In this document: positions 38,622-50,178 of the stretch, piece after piece | Layout of the letters: every line of letters begins with the position of its first letter | How positions within the stretch are numbered: position 1 is the first letter of the stretch | Source of the DNA: an uncultured Ignavibacteriales bacterium | GTDB lineage: Bacteria > Zixibacteria > MSB-5A5 > GN15 > FEB-12 | Direction of reading: 5' to 3' | Length of the DNA stretch: 64,000 nt | Assembly: GCA_964526835.1 (NCBI GenBank) | Contig: CAZGMK010000018.1 | Coordinates: 278-64,277 of the forward strand | Made by a program: the position numbers and the translations under genes | Notes under the pieces: model-generated | The model's database searches: none | The model's input: the letters and a program-made list of their open reading frames with translations, nothing else | What the model was told of the DNA's origin: nothing

Positions 38622-40157
38622 ATGATGGGTCTGAACCCCGAAGAAGTATCATCGGTCATCAAGAAAGAGCTTGAGAAGTACGAAACCAAGCTCGAGATGG
38701 AATCGGTCGGTACCGTGCTCCAGGTGGGCGATGGTATTGCCCGCATCTGGGGCCTTGAAGATGTCCAGATGTCTGAGCTGATCCAGTTCCCCAACGATGT
38801 AATGGGCCTGGTGCTCAACCTGGAGGAGGACAATGTCGGCGCCGCCATCTTCGGGCGCGACACGCTTATCCACGAAGGCGACACCGTCCGTCGTACCGGC
38901 AAGGTGGCCCAGGTTCCTGTTGGTGATGCGCTGCTGGGCCGGGTCGTTAACCCGCTGGGCGAGCCAATTGACGGCAAGGGGCCCATTGTGACCGACCGCT
39001 ATCGGGTCATCGAAGGCCACGCTCCGGGCGTTATCGAACGTCAGCCGGTGAAGGAGCCGGTTCAAACCGGCCTGAAGGCGATCGACTCGATGATCCCGAT
39101 CGGTCGCGGCCAGCGTGAGCTGATTATCGGCGACCGCCAGACAGGCAAGACAACAGTCGCGATCGACACGATCCTTAACCAGAAGAACAGCGACGTCAAG
39201 TGCATCTATGTGGCCATCGGCCAGAAGGCTTCGACCGTGGCGCAAGTCGTCCAGACCCTGGAGCAGTACGGCGCCATGGAGTACACGACTGTTGTTTCGG
39301 CCAACGCCACAGACCCCGCGCCGCTGCAGTACATCGCACCCTATGCAGGCTGCGCCATGGGCGAGGAATTCATGTTCAACGGCGGTCATGCTCTGGTCAT
39401 CTACGACGACCTCTCGAAGCAAGCCCAGGCCTACCGCCAACTCTCGCTGTTGCTGCGTCGTCCGCCGGGACGTGAGGCCTATCCGGGCGATATCTTCTAC
39501 TGCCACTCGCGCCTGCTCGAACGGGCCGCCAAACTCTCCGATGAGAAGGGCGGTGGCAGCCTGACAGCGCTGCCGATCATTGAGACCCAGGCCGGCGACG
39601 TTTCGGCCTACATACCGACTAACGTCATCTCCATCACGGATGGACAGATCTTCCTTGAGGGTGAGTTGTTCTTCGCCGGGGTCCGTCCGGCTATCAACGT
39701 CGGTATCTCGGTCTCGCGTGTCGGTGGCAACGCCCAGACCAAGATGATGAAGCAAGTGGCCGGTCGTCTGAAGCTCGACCTGGCCCAGTACCGCGAACTG
39801 GCGGCATTCACGCAGTTCGGATCCGATCTCGATCAGGCTACGTTGCGGCAGCTGCGCCGTGGTGAACGCATGGTCGAGCTGCTCAAGCAGGGTCTTCACG
39901 AGCCGCTGAAGGTTGAACGTCAGGTCATGATCATCTGGTGCGGGTCCAACGGCCACCTGGATGACATCCCGATTGAAGACCTGAAGCGATTCGAAGCGGA
40001 TTTCCTGAACTTCTGCGATGAGAAGTATCCTGATATTCAGCACAACCTGGAGAAGGAGAAGAAGATCGCCGACGGCATCGAGGGTGAACTCAGGAAGGCG
40101 GTAGAGGCCTTCAAAGCTCAGTTCAAGAAGACTGAGAAGGAAGTCCCCGCGGCTTAG
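38622..40157 (+). CDS. atpA: F0F1 ATP synthase subunit alpha
   Basis: 511 aa with the Walker A motif GDRQTGKT. Alpha-subunit-like throughout. Confidence 0.97.
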   Translation: MMGLNPEEVSSVIKKELEKYETKLEMESVGTVLQVGDGIARIWGLEDVQMSELIQFPNDVMGLVLNLEEDNVGAAIFGRDTLIHEGDTVRRTGKVAQVPVGDALLGRVVNPLGEPIDGKGPIVTDRYRVIEGHAPGVIERQPVKEPVQTGLKAIDSMIPIGRGQRELIIGDRQTGKTTVAIDTILNQKNSDVKCIYVAIGQKASTVAQVVQTLEQYGAMEYTTVVSANATDPAPLQYIAPYAGCAMGEEFMFNGGHALVIYDDLSKQAQAYRQLSLLLRRPPGREAYPGDIFYCHSRLLERAAKLSDEKGGGSLTALPIIETQAGDVSAYIPTNVISITDGQIFLEGELFFAGVRPAINVGISVSRVGGNAQTKMMKQVAGRLKLDLAQYRELAAFTQFGSDLDQATLRQLRRGERMVELLKQGLHEPLKVERQVMIIWCGSNGHLDDIPIEDLKRFEADFLNFCDEKYPDIQHNLEKEKKIADGIEGELRKAVEAFKAQFKKTEKEVPAA

Positions 40158-40207
40158 TCCGGCGGGATAATCGGTGCGACCTCAAACCGGCGGGATAGAG
40201 TTTATCG

Positions 40208-41086
40208 ATGGCGACGCTTCGTGAAGTAAGAAAACGGATCAGGACAGTAGTCAGCACCCAGCGCATCACCAAGGCGATGGAGATGGTGGCTGCGGCCAAG
40301 TTGCGACGGGCTCAACAGCGTATCGAACAGACTCGGCCCTACGCCGAGAAGATGGCCGAGATGCTGGGTCACCTGGCTGGCGCATCATCGGGAGAGATCT
40401 CTCATCCCTACTTCGAGGAGCGAGAGATCAAACGCCGAACACTGGTTGTGGTGACTTCCGATCGTGGCTTCTGCGGCTCGTTTAACGCCAATGTGATCCG
40501 CCAGGCGGCTCTGTGGCTGGATGGGTACAAGGATGCGGAAACCGAGCTGGTTTGTGTCGGCCGGAAGGGCCATACTTACTTCAAGCGTCGCCCCGTCGAG
40601 ATTCTGGACCACTTCAACGACTGGAGCGGCTCCCTCGATTACGACCGGGCGAAAGACCTGGTCCGTCTGCTGACCAACCGCTTCGTCGAAGGTTACACCG
40701 ATCACATTACACTTCTGTACACCCGCTTTATCTCGACGGCCTCATACAAGGTCACTCGTGAGGATTACCTTCCGGTTCCGCGGCCTGAAGTGCCCGGCCC
40801 CGACGAGGATCGCGCCGAGGCTTCGATGGACTATATCTTCGAGCCCAACGCCGAGCAGATATATTCGGCGCTTATGCCGGGCTACGCCACTACCAAGATG
40901 GTCACGGCCCTGGCCGACTCCTTTGCGGCCGAGCACGGCAGCCGGATGATTGCGATGAACGCCGCAACCTCGAATGCCGGCGAGATGATTGATCGGTTGA
41001 CCCTTGAGTACAACAAGGCGCGTCAGGCCCAGATCACCAAGGAGCTTCTTGATGTGGTCGGCGGCGCTGAGGCTATCAAGGGCTGA
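40208..41086 (+). CDS. atpG: F0F1 ATP synthase subunit gamma
   Basis: 292 aa with N-terminus MATLREVRKRIRTVVSTQRITKAMEMVAAAKLRRAQ and C-terminus ITKELLDVVGGAEA. Confidence 0.95.
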   Translation: MATLREVRKRIRTVVSTQRITKAMEMVAAAKLRRAQQRIEQTRPYAEKMAEMLGHLAGASSGEISHPYFEEREIKRRTLVVVTSDRGFCGSFNANVIRQAALWLDGYKDAETELVCVGRKGHTYFKRRPVEILDHFNDWSGSLDYDRAKDLVRLLTNRFVEGYTDHITLLYTRFISTASYKVTREDYLPVPRPEVPGPDEDRAEASMDYIFEPNAEQIYSALMPGYATTKMVTALADSFAAEHGSRMIAMNAATSNAGEMIDRLTLEYNKARQAQITKELLDVVGGAEAIKG

Positions 41087-41110
41087 TGAAACGGAAGATG
41101 ATATTGTTAG

Positions 41111-42538
<1,428 letters not shown>

Positions 42539-42541
42539 GGC

Positions 42542-42955
42542 GTGTTTAAGCTATCGATCGTCACTCCCGAGAAAGTGGCTTACGAAGATCAGGTCAAGTC
42601 GCTGGTGGTGCCCGGTTCGGAAGGGTATCTGGGTATTCTGTCCAATCATGCACCATTGATTACGGCTATGCAGCCCGGCAAGATCGTGATAACCGAGGCC
42701 GACGATGATATCGAGATTCTGGCCGTATCCGGGGGCTTTCTTGAGGTTTCCGGAAATGTCGCAACGATACTGGCCGACGCCGTCGAGCGAACCGACCAGA
42801 TAGATATTGATCGGGCCCAGGCATCATACGATCGTCACCGGAATCGGCTGTTGTCGTTTGGCCGCGGCGAGGACACCGACATCGACCTGCCTGCGGTCCG
42901 ACAGGCCGTTGAGCGCGCGAGAAACCGGATCAGAATCTATAAGGAAACCCACTGA
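42542..42955 (+). CDS. atpC: F0F1 ATP synthase subunit epsilon
   Basis: GTG start, 137 aa. The N-terminal beta-sandwich pattern (LSIVTPEKVAYEDQVKSLVVPGSEGYLGILSNHAPLIT) is present. Confidence 0.9.
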   Translation: MFKLSIVTPEKVAYEDQVKSLVVPGSEGYLGILSNHAPLITAMQPGKIVITEADDDIEILAVSGGFLEVSGNVATILADAVERTDQIDIDRAQASYDRHRNRLLSFGRGEDTDIDLPAVRQAVERARNRIRIYKETH

Positions 42956-42979
42956 TCGTAACTAAGATTGTGTCCTCAT

Positions 42980-43010
42980 GACCGGCGTGGGTATCCCGCG
43001 CCGGTCTTTT
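42980..43010 (+). terminator. rho-independent terminator of the atp operon
   Basis: GACCGGCG (42980-42987) pairs with CGCCGGTC (42999-43006) and is followed by TTTT. It lies 25 nt after the atpC stop. Confidence 0.7.
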
Positions 43011-43101
43011 GACGGTGCAAAAGAGGACCGTATCTCTCCACGGTCTTGCAAGGAATAACATAACCCGTTGTCGGGCATTGATTTTACGGTCTCGTTTATC
43101 C

Positions 43102-43130
43102 TTGACTTTTTCATGGATGGGGACTAAACT
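43102..43130 (+). promoter_or_regulatory. sigma70-type promoter for the yceD-rpmF-plsX-fab operon
   Basis: TTGACT (43102-43107), a 17-nt spacer and TAAACT (43125-43130). The -10 element ends only 8 nt before the yceD ATG. Confidence 0.45.
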
Positions 43131-43138
43131 GCGGGGTT

Positions 43139-43666
43139 ATGATTCTAGATTTGCGCCAGTTGGAAGAGTTTCCCGCGCGCAGGACGATTGAAGCCGACCC
43201 GGAAAAGTTTTCTCTGATTTACGATGGGGTCCAGCACGTAAAACAGCTTAGTGTGGACCTGCAGATTCAGAGACCCGGTGAGGAGTTCTATTGTCGCGGC
43301 ACGGTTACTGCAGTGGTCGAACTTGAATGCGCCAGATGCCTGGCAGTTTTTGAAGCCCGGCTGACAAACGATATCGATTTCTTCGTTGGTCCGGAGCGGC
43401 TGCAGGAGGATGACGATAGCGTCGTTGAGGACGACGAGGATCATGCCTGGTTGCAGGGCGATAGTCTCCAGGCGGATATTGGCGAAATCGTACGCCAGGC
43501 GGTTATCCTTGCCGTGGACCTCAAGCCGCTGTGTGACGAGCGCTGCCGGGGCCTTTGCGCGCAGTGTGGCTGCAATCTGAACGAACGGGTATGTGATTGC
43601 AGGATCGAACGGATCGATCCGCGCTGGGAAGCGTTGAAGAAACTGAAAGAACAACAGAACGACTAA
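43139..43666 (+). CDS. yceD: YceD/DUF177 family protein
   Basis: 175 aa with the Cys-rich C-terminus LCDERCRGLCAQCGCNLNERVCDC. Conserved position upstream of rpmF. Confidence 0.85.
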   Translation: MILDLRQLEEFPARRTIEADPEKFSLIYDGVQHVKQLSVDLQIQRPGEEFYCRGTVTAVVELECARCLAVFEARLTNDIDFFVGPERLQEDDDSVVEDDEDHAWLQGDSLQADIGEIVRQAVILAVDLKPLCDERCRGLCAQCGCNLNERVCDCRIERIDPRWEALKKLKEQQND

Positions 43667-43687
43667 CGGTTACGAAGGAACGAAGCG

Positions 43688-43873
43688 ATGGCCCACCCTA
43701 AACGCCGCCATTCTCGCGCTCGCGGGCGCAAACGGCGCACTAACTGGAAAATACAGCTACCGAATGTAGTTGAATGTCAGCACTGCCATCAGTCGCGCCT
43801 GCCCCATCATGTCTGCCCGAACTGCGGTTACTATGATGGACGGAAGGTGTTGGATATACGCGAAGGGGCATAA
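43688..43873 (+). CDS. rpmF: 50S ribosomal protein L32
   Basis: MAHPKRRHSRARGRKRR.. with the zinc-ribbon cysteines CQHC..CPNC. Confidence 0.95.
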   Translation: MAHPKRRHSRARGRKRRTNWKIQLPNVVECQHCHQSRLPHHVCPNCGYYDGRKVLDIREGA

Positions 43874-43917
43874 TCTGAGGAACTCCGGGACGGCTTGGTA
43901 GTTACCACCAGGGATCG

Positions 43918-45018
43918 ATGGCAGAACATAAGAGACAGACGATTGCTCTTGATGTAATGGGAGCCGACGCCGGCGAGGGTCCCATTATTGATGGCGGGCT
44001 CGCGGCGGCGCGTGGACGTCCTGACCGCGTACACGTGATTCTGGTCGGACATCGTGACCGGATCCAGAAGGTGTTGGATCAGGCGGACGAAGTCCCTGAG
44101 AATACAAGCATCGAGCATGCCGAGCGGGAAGTGCCCATGGGCGTGTCCGCCACCGAAGGAGTGCGCATGCGCGACTCCTCGATTCATGTTGGGCTGCGCC
44201 TGGTGCGCGAAGGCAAGGCTGATGCGTTTGTCTCGCCCGGCAACACCGGAGCGGTCATGGGCTCAAGTCTGTTGACCCTGAGGCGCATCGAGGGGGTCAA
44301 CAGGCCGGCTATCGCCTCTGCGTTCCCTACTTCGACAGGACGGCCGACGTTTCTGCTGGATTGCGGCGCCAACGCCGATTGCAAGCCGGCTCACATCTCG
44401 CAGTTCGCGGTGATGGGATCGGTCTACTCCCAGGCCATGTACCATCAGGAGTCGCCGCGGGTGGGACTTGTCTCCATCGGCGAGGAGCGCAGCAAGGGCA
44501 ACGACCTGATCTTCAATGCCCGCAAGCTGCTGCACGATTCCAAGATAAACTTTGTCGGCAACATCGAGGGGCGCGACATACTGAGCGGCGTTGTCGATGT
44601 CGCCGTAACCGATGGGTTCACCGGCAACATCCTGCTGAAGTTCGCCGAGTCCATCCAGCCTATGATGGTCAAGTCGATTCAGCGCCAGATACAAACCAAT
44701 TTATTCTCTCGAATCGGCGTCATGCTGCTTCTGCCGTTTCTCAAGAGGATGAAGTCCAAACTGGACTATGCGGAGGCCGGCGGAGCGCCGCTACTGGGAG
44801 TGGATGGGGTCGTCATCATCTGCCATGGTTCCTCCAACGCGCGAGCGATCAGCAATGGTATAGGCGTGGCCTGTGACATGGCCAGCCGCGACATCGTCGC
44901 CCGCATTCGTCAGGAACTCCTCACCAATCACTTCGGACAATTCAATGGAGCGAATAACAAGGGCTCGCATAATCGGAACGGGGTCGTATGCTCCGCCTCA
45001 GCGGATGACGAACGCTGA
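43918..45018 (+). CDS. plsX: phosphate acyltransferase PlsX
   Basis: 366 aa, PlsX-like throughout (IALDVMGAD.., VSPGNTGA.., GVVIICHGSSNARAI). The C-terminal ~30 aa extend 74 nt into fabH. Confidence 0.9.
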   Translation: MAEHKRQTIALDVMGADAGEGPIIDGGLAAARGRPDRVHVILVGHRDRIQKVLDQADEVPENTSIEHAEREVPMGVSATEGVRMRDSSIHVGLRLVREGKADAFVSPGNTGAVMGSSLLTLRRIEGVNRPAIASAFPTSTGRPTFLLDCGANADCKPAHISQFAVMGSVYSQAMYHQESPRVGLVSIGEERSKGNDLIFNARKLLHDSKINFVGNIEGRDILSGVVDVAVTDGFTGNILLKFAESIQPMMVKSIQRQIQTNLFSRIGVMLLLPFLKRMKSKLDYAEAGGAPLLGVDGVVIICHGSSNARAISNGIGVACDMASRDIVARIRQELLTNHFGQFNGANNKGSHNRNGVVCSASADDER

Positions 45019-45934
45019 CTTCGAGCGAATCGTCGATACATCCGATGAGTGGATAACCACCCGCACCGGCATCAAGGAGCGGCGCATCTCCGACGAGAAA
45101 ACGCACTCCTCCGATATGGCCACGGCGGCTCTGAAATCGGCCCTCGAGATGGCCGCGACTGATCCCGCCGAAATCGAGGCCCTCATTCTCGGTACGGTAA
45201 CGCCCGACTACCGGTTGCCCTCGACCGCCTGCATCACGCAGGAAAAGGTCGGTCTAAAGAATGCGGTCGCTTTCGATATTCTCGCTGCCTGCACCGGTTT
45301 CATCACCTCAATGTCGGTGGCTCGTGGCTTCATCCAGGCCGGAGTATATCGTAAGGTCGCCGTTGTTGGCGTGGAGAAACTGAGCAGCATCACCAACTAC
45401 AAGGACCGCAACACCTGCGTGCTCTTCGGCGATGCTGCGGGCGCTGCGATTCTCGAGGCCGATGATTCGGGACGGGGGGTCCTGGGTACACACCTCAAGT
45501 CAGACGGTTCCATGAAGGAGTGGCTGTGGATGCCGGTCGGCGGTACGGTCGAACCGATAACGTCGGACTACGACTGGGATGGTCGCGAGAAGCTGGCTAT
45601 GAACGGTTCAGAAGTATTCAAGGTGGCCGTACGCCAGATGTGCAATTCGGCGCTGAAGGTGATCAAGGACGCCGGCCTCGAACCGGACGACATATCTTTG
45701 GTTGTACCACACCAGGCCAATATCCGCATTATCGAGGCGATCGCAAAGCGGCTCAAGGTTGGTATGGACAGAGTGGTGGTCAATATAGATCGGTACGGCA
45801 ACTCATCATCGGCGTCGGTGCCGTTGGCTCTCGATGAGGCCAATCGCGCCGGGCGCCTGAAGCCGGGCGATAACGTCGTCATGGTCGCCTTCGGCGGAGG
45901 AATGATCTGGGGCGCCGCACTCGTGAAATGGTAG
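44945..45934 (+). CDS. fabH: beta-ketoacyl-ACP synthase III
   Basis: Trimmed to the Met at 44945 (MERITRARIIGTGSYAPPQRMTNADFE). Active-site Cys in FDILAACTGF and C-terminus ..AFGGGMIWGAALVKW. Confidence 0.9.
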   Translation: MERITRARIIGTGSYAPPQRMTNADFERIVDTSDEWITTRTGIKERRISDEKTHSSDMATAALKSALEMAATDPAEIEALILGTVTPDYRLPSTACITQEKVGLKNAVAFDILAACTGFITSMSVARGFIQAGVYRKVAVVGVEKLSSITNYKDRNTCVLFGDAAGAAILEADDSGRGVLGTHLKSDGSMKEWLWMPVGGTVEPITSDYDWDGREKLAMNGSEVFKVAVRQMCNSALKVIKDAGLEPDDISLVVPHQANIRIIEAIAKRLKVGMDRVVVNIDRYGNSSSASVPLALDEANRAGRLKPGDNVVMVAFGGGMIWGAALVKW

Positions 45935-45942
45935 GTTGAATC

Positions 45943-46875
45943 ATGGGCAAAACAGTTCTCTTCTTCCCGGGCCAGGCTTCGCAGTATGTCGGTATGGCCA
46001 GGGACCTGTATGAGGCCTCTCCGGAAGTGCAGCGCCTCTACAAGCTGGCCGCCGACGAGCTAGGCGAGAACATTGCGGCGGTATCGTTCGACGGCCCGGC
46101 TGAGACGCTGACCCGGACCCGCTTCACTCAGCCCGCTATCCTGCTTCATTCCCTGGCTGTGCTGCAGCTCCTGGGGGACCGGTTGCCTGAGTTCGACTAC
46201 GCCTGTGGACATTCTCTGGGTGAATACGGCGCCCTGGCTGTGACCGGTGCGCTTGGCTATGAGGATGCTGTCAGGGCCGTAGTCAGACGAGCCGCCCTGA
46301 TGGAAGAGGCCTGCCAGGCCAATCCCGGGACCATGGCCGCAATCGTCGCCATGCCCGTCGACAAGCTGGATGAAGTGTGCAAGCAGGCTTCCGAGAAGGG
46401 TGTGGTCATTCCGGCGAACTTCAACTCGAAAATGCAGGTGGCCATATCCGGTGACGTCGATGCCGTCAAGGCGGCTGTCGAACTGGCCGGGCAAGCAGGC
46501 GCCAAGCGTGCTATCATGCTGCAGGTCGGCGGTGCTTTCCACTCGCCTTTGATGGAGCCGGCGCGTCGCGGACTGGAACAATACCTGCAGGATATCGACA
46601 TCAGGACTCCGACCAGGCCGGTCATCGCCAATGTCACCGCGGAGCCGGTGACCGATCCCGATGAAATCCGCCGACTGCTGGTGGCTCAGGTGACCGCCCC
46701 GGTCAAGTGGGCTCAGACAATGAGTTGGCTGAGGGACAATGGGGTAGACTCTGTTTTGGAAATCGGTCCGGGAGCGGTTCTGACAGGGCTGGCCAAGAGA
46801 GATATGCGCCCCGCCAGGTCCGTCAATCTCGATACGCTTGAGGACATCCGGGAATTCACGGCCGTTTCGGCCTGA
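45943..46875 (+). CDS. fabD: malonyl-CoA:ACP transacylase
   Basis: 310 aa with FPGQASQY and the nucleophile motif GHSLGEY. Confidence 0.95.
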   Translation: MGKTVLFFPGQASQYVGMARDLYEASPEVQRLYKLAADELGENIAAVSFDGPAETLTRTRFTQPAILLHSLAVLQLLGDRLPEFDYACGHSLGEYGALAVTGALGYEDAVRAVVRRAALMEEACQANPGTMAAIVAMPVDKLDEVCKQASEKGVVIPANFNSKMQVAISGDVDAVKAAVELAGQAGAKRAIMLQVGGAFHSPLMEPARRGLEQYLQDIDIRTPTRPVIANVTAEPVTDPDEIRRLLVAQVTAPVKWAQTMSWLRDNGVDSVLEIGPGAVLTGLAKRDMRPARSVNLDTLEDIREFTAVSA

Positions 46876-46893
46876 CGTTGAAGGGATAGCAGC

Positions 46894-47628
46894 ATGGACC
46901 TGAAGGATAAGGTCGCCGTGATTACAGGTTCAGGGCAGGGTATCGGACGCTCCATTGCCGAGCGATTCATCGAGCTGGGGGCGCGGGTTGTAATCAGCGA
47001 TGTGGTCGGCGAGTTGGCCGAAAGGACAGCCGCAGAACTGGGCGGTGGCGCGATCGCCATGAAGGCCGATGTCACCAGGTCGGATCAGGTCGAAAGCCTG
47101 ATGACCCGGGCTGTCGAAGAGCTCGGGCAGCTTGACATTTTGGTGAATAACGCCGGCATCACGCGCGATACGCTTATTATTCGTATGGATGAAAAGGATT
47201 GGGAACTGGTGCTTGACATCAATCTCAAGGGGGCTTTTCTTGCGACTAAAGCGGCCGGGCGGATCATGATGAAGAAACGCTACGGCCGCATTGTGAATAT
47301 AAGCTCGATAGTCGGCCTGATAGGCAACCCCGGTCAGGCCAACTATTCGGCCTCGAAGGCGGGCTTGATCGGGTTGACCAAGTCGTCCGCCCGCGAGTTG
47401 GCGTCCCGGGGAATAACCGTGAATGCGGTGGCTCCGGGCTTCATTGAGACGGAGATGACGGCTGCGATGTCCGAGGCCGCCCGCGAGGCCTTCATGTCGA
47501 AAGCAGTCATCCCGCGAGCAGGGACTCCCGATGACGTTGCTCGCGCCGTCGCTTTCCTGGCCTCCGATGAGGCCGCCTATGTCACCGGACAGGTGCTGGC
47601 GGTCGACGGCGGCCTGACAATGTGTTGA
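46894..47628 (+). CDS. fabG: 3-oxoacyl-ACP reductase
   Basis: 244-aa SDR with TGSGQGIGRSIA, NNAGI and YSASKAG. Confidence 0.95.
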   Translation: MDLKDKVAVITGSGQGIGRSIAERFIELGARVVISDVVGELAERTAAELGGGAIAMKADVTRSDQVESLMTRAVEELGQLDILVNNAGITRDTLIIRMDEKDWELVLDINLKGAFLATKAAGRIMMKKRYGRIVNISSIVGLIGNPGQANYSASKAGLIGLTKSSARELASRGITVNAVAPGFIETEMTAAMSEAAREAFMSKAVIPRAGTPDDVARAVAFLASDEAAYVTGQVLAVDGGLTMC

Positions 47629-47673
47629 GAACCGAGTAAACAATTAACGTGTGCGGATACAAAGGAGAAATCG

Positions 47674-47916
47674 ATGTCAGTTGAGCAGAAGGTCAAAGAG
47701 TTGATCGTGGAGCAGTTGGGCGTCGAAGAGGGTCAGGTTACCAATGAGGCCAAGTTCGTTGATGATCTTGGCGCCGATTCGCTGGATACAGTCGAGCTGG
47801 TCATGGCTCTCGAGGAAGAGTTCTCAATCGAGATTCCGGACGAAGATGCTGAGAAGATTGTCTCGGTTTCCGACGCGATCAGTTATATTAAACAACACGC
47901 CGAAGAAACCGCCTGA
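47674..47916 (+). CDS. acpP: acyl carrier protein
   Basis: 80 aa with [20 protein letters not shown], the phosphopantetheine Ser context. Confidence 0.97.
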   Translation: MSVEQKVKELIVEQLGVEEGQVTNEAKFVDDLGADSLDTVELVMALEEEFSIEIPDEDAEKIVSVSDAISYIKQHAEETA

Positions 47917-47966
47917 GTGGTGCCGCTAACCAGCCAGGCAATACCCATGCACTTATCCAACAGCAT

Positions 47967-49214
47967 ATGAGTCATCGCACAGTCGTCACGGGTCTGGGGG
48001 CGCTTACGCCCATCGGGCACAGCGTTGATGAGACCTGGCGGAGTTTGCTCGAAGGCAGGAGCGGAGTCGGCCCCGTGACTCGCTTCGACGTCAGCGACTA
48101 CTCCACCAGAATTGCCGCTGAGGTCAAGGACTTCGATCCCGGCGACACGATCGCGAAGAAAGAGCGCCGCCGCATGGATCTGGCCGAGCAGTATGCCATG
48201 TATGCGACGGCGCAGGCGCTGGACGATTCGGGCCTGGACCTCGAGAGAATCGACAAGGCCCGCTGCGGTGTCATTATCGGGTCCGGTATCGGTGGAATTT
48301 CCACATTCGAGGCTCAGCATGAGCGACTGCTCCAGGGAGGCCCGGGAAAGGTGTCACCGTTCTTCATACCCATGATGATCAGTGACATGTGCGCCGGGTT
48401 GGTCTCGATCAAGTGGGGTTTCCAGGGTCCCAACTACGCCACCGTATCGGCCTGCGCTTCGTCGGCCCACGCGATTGCCGATGCTTATCGCATCATCGAA
48501 CGCGGGGAGGCCGACATCATGCTGGCCGGCGGCGCCGAGGCCACTATCACGCCCACCTCCATGGCGGGCTTCTGCCAGGCCAAGGCGATGTCCACACGCA
48601 ACGATGAACCCCATCGCGCCAGCCGTCCATTCGACAAGGAGCGCGACGGCTTCGTCATGGGTGAGGGCGCCGGAATGCTCGTTCTCGAATCGCTCGAGCA
48701 CGCCCAGGCCCGGGGGGCGCGCATCTACGCCGAGATTGTTGGCGCCGGAATGACCGGAGACGCTTACCACATGACCGCTCCGCATCCCGAAGGCGTCGGA
48801 GCTCGTCGTGCGATGGAGATCGCGCTCCGGGATGCCGCCATACGACCAGATCAAGTCGACTATGTCAACACGCATGGCACTGCTACCGACCTCGGCGATA
48901 TCGCCGAGACGAAGGCCATCAAGCAGGTGCTGGGCGAGCACGCCATGAAAATACCCTGCAATTCGACCAAGTCGATTACAGGCCACCTGCTGGGGGCCGC
49001 CGGAGCGGTTGAATTGATTGTTGTTGTAAAATCGATTCAGGAGAATAAGGTCCACCCGACTATCAACCTTGATTATCCTGATCCTGAGTGCGACCTGGAT
49101 TATGCTGTCGGCCCGGCCAGGGATGTTGAAGTGTTCAACGCCGTCAGCAACTCGTTCGGTTTTGGCGGGCATAATGTCTCGCTGGTAGTGTCCAAGTTCT
49201 CTGACGCCGGATAG
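47967..49214 (+). CDS. fabF: beta-ketoacyl-ACP synthase II
   Basis: 415 aa with the active-site Cys in VSACASSAHAI and the His residues in NTHGTAT and GHLLGAAG. Confidence 0.95.
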   Translation: MSHRTVVTGLGALTPIGHSVDETWRSLLEGRSGVGPVTRFDVSDYSTRIAAEVKDFDPGDTIAKKERRRMDLAEQYAMYATAQALDDSGLDLERIDKARCGVIIGSGIGGISTFEAQHERLLQGGPGKVSPFFIPMMISDMCAGLVSIKWGFQGPNYATVSACASSAHAIADAYRIIERGEADIMLAGGAEATITPTSMAGFCQAKAMSTRNDEPHRASRPFDKERDGFVMGEGAGMLVLESLEHAQARGARIYAEIVGAGMTGDAYHMTAPHPEGVGARRAMEIALRDAAIRPDQVDYVNTHGTATDLGDIAETKAIKQVLGEHAMKIPCNSTKSITGHLLGAAGAVELIVVVKSIQENKVHPTINLDYPDPECDLDYAVGPARDVEVFNAVSNSFGFGGHNVSLVVSKFSDAG

Positions 49215-50036
49215 ATGGCCATTTTCACGAAGTTGCGAGGTTTGTTCGGTCGCCGGGGCCGTTCGGTGTCTGGGGCGTCGGCGACGGACATTGAACTGGC
49301 CCGCGCCGATACCACGATCCAGGAAGGGCCGGTCCAGATAGATGTCGAGGCGGTCCAGGAGATACTCGGCTATAGTTTCTCGGATCCCTCGCTGCTCATT
49401 CTCGGGCTGACCCATCGGTCGTTTACTCGATTCGACCCGCACCATGCTCCTTCCAATGAACGCCTGGAGTTTCTCGGGGACTCGGTTCTGGGGCTGGTCA
49501 TATCAGAACAGCTCTTTCGCGACAGCCCCGAAAGCCACGAGGGCGAACTGACAAAGACCAAGGCGCGACTGGTCAACGAGATAACCCTGGCCGCGATGGC
49601 GCGTCGCATCGGACTGCATCGCCATTTGCGCCTGTCGCCCGAAGAAGACCGAAGCGGCGGACGCGATCGTCCGTCGATTGTTTCCGATGGGTTCGAATCA
49701 GTCATTGCGGCCATCTATCTCGATGGTGGTTTTGAGGCTGCGAGGCGTGTGATCCTCGACACTATCTACGCCCGGAAGGACGAGATCCTTTCGGACAGGT
49801 CGCAACGTAACTACAAGGGTGAGCTCCTGGAACTGATTCAGGGATGGGGTGAGACCATGCCGCGTTACGAAGTCCTCAGCGAGACAGGTCCGGACCATCG
49901 CAAGGTATTCAAGGTCGGGGTGACGGTCCTGAGGGAACAACTAGGAATCGGTGAGGGGAGTTCGAAGAGGGAAGCCGAGCAGCACGCCGCCGCACTGGCC
50001 CTGAAGAAGCTCAAACAGATGGGTCGACTCGACTAG
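49215..50036 (+). CDS. rnc: ribonuclease III
   Basis: The ATG directly abuts the fabF stop. RNase III signature NERLEFLGDSVL and a C-terminal dsRBD (NYKGELLELIQ..GSSKREAEQHAAALALKKL). A ~45-aa N-terminal extension makes the start uncertain. Confidence 0.9.
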   Translation: MAIFTKLRGLFGRRGRSVSGASATDIELARADTTIQEGPVQIDVEAVQEILGYSFSDPSLLILGLTHRSFTRFDPHHAPSNERLEFLGDSVLGLVISEQLFRDSPESHEGELTKTKARLVNEITLAAMARRIGLHRHLRLSPEEDRSGGRDRPSIVSDGFESVIAAIYLDGGFEAARRVILDTIYARKDEILSDRSQRNYKGELLELIQGWGETMPRYEVLSETGPDHRKVFKVGVTVLREQLGIGEGSSKREAEQHAAALALKKLKQMGRLD

Positions 50037-50127
50037 TACCTCGTCATCTGTTGTCACACACTATCCACGGTCCTGAAGGACCATGCTCAGAGCGACAATA
50101 GGTTTGTTTTTACTTGATGCTTTTTTG

Positions 50128-50156
50128 TTGACATAGCCATACCATTTCTAATTATG
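50128..50156 (+). promoter_or_regulatory. possible promoter for the basic-protein gene
   Basis: TTGACA (50128-50133) is followed at 15-17 nt by the AT-rich TAATTATG, so the -10 register is ambiguous. This is the local AT-rich patch of the window. Confidence 0.35.
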
Positions 50157-50158
50157 GT

Positions 50159-50178
50159 GCTTATGATGTCTCATAAGC
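50159..50178 (+). promoter_or_regulatory. perfect 8-bp inverted repeat / leader hairpin
   Basis: GCTTATGA tgtc TCATAAGC lies immediately after the putative -10 element and ~145 nt upstream of the ATG at 50323. Confidence 0.4.

Noticed and set aside
38649-40043. 464-aa ORF on the minus strand
   Set aside because: It is entirely antisense to atpA, which is unambiguous. Long stop-free antisense frames are expected in GC-rich DNA, and the translation is Arg/Leu/Asp-rich with no motif.
48354-49445. 363-aa ORF on the minus strand
   Set aside because: It is antisense to fabF and rnc, both clearly real, so it is a shadow ORF.
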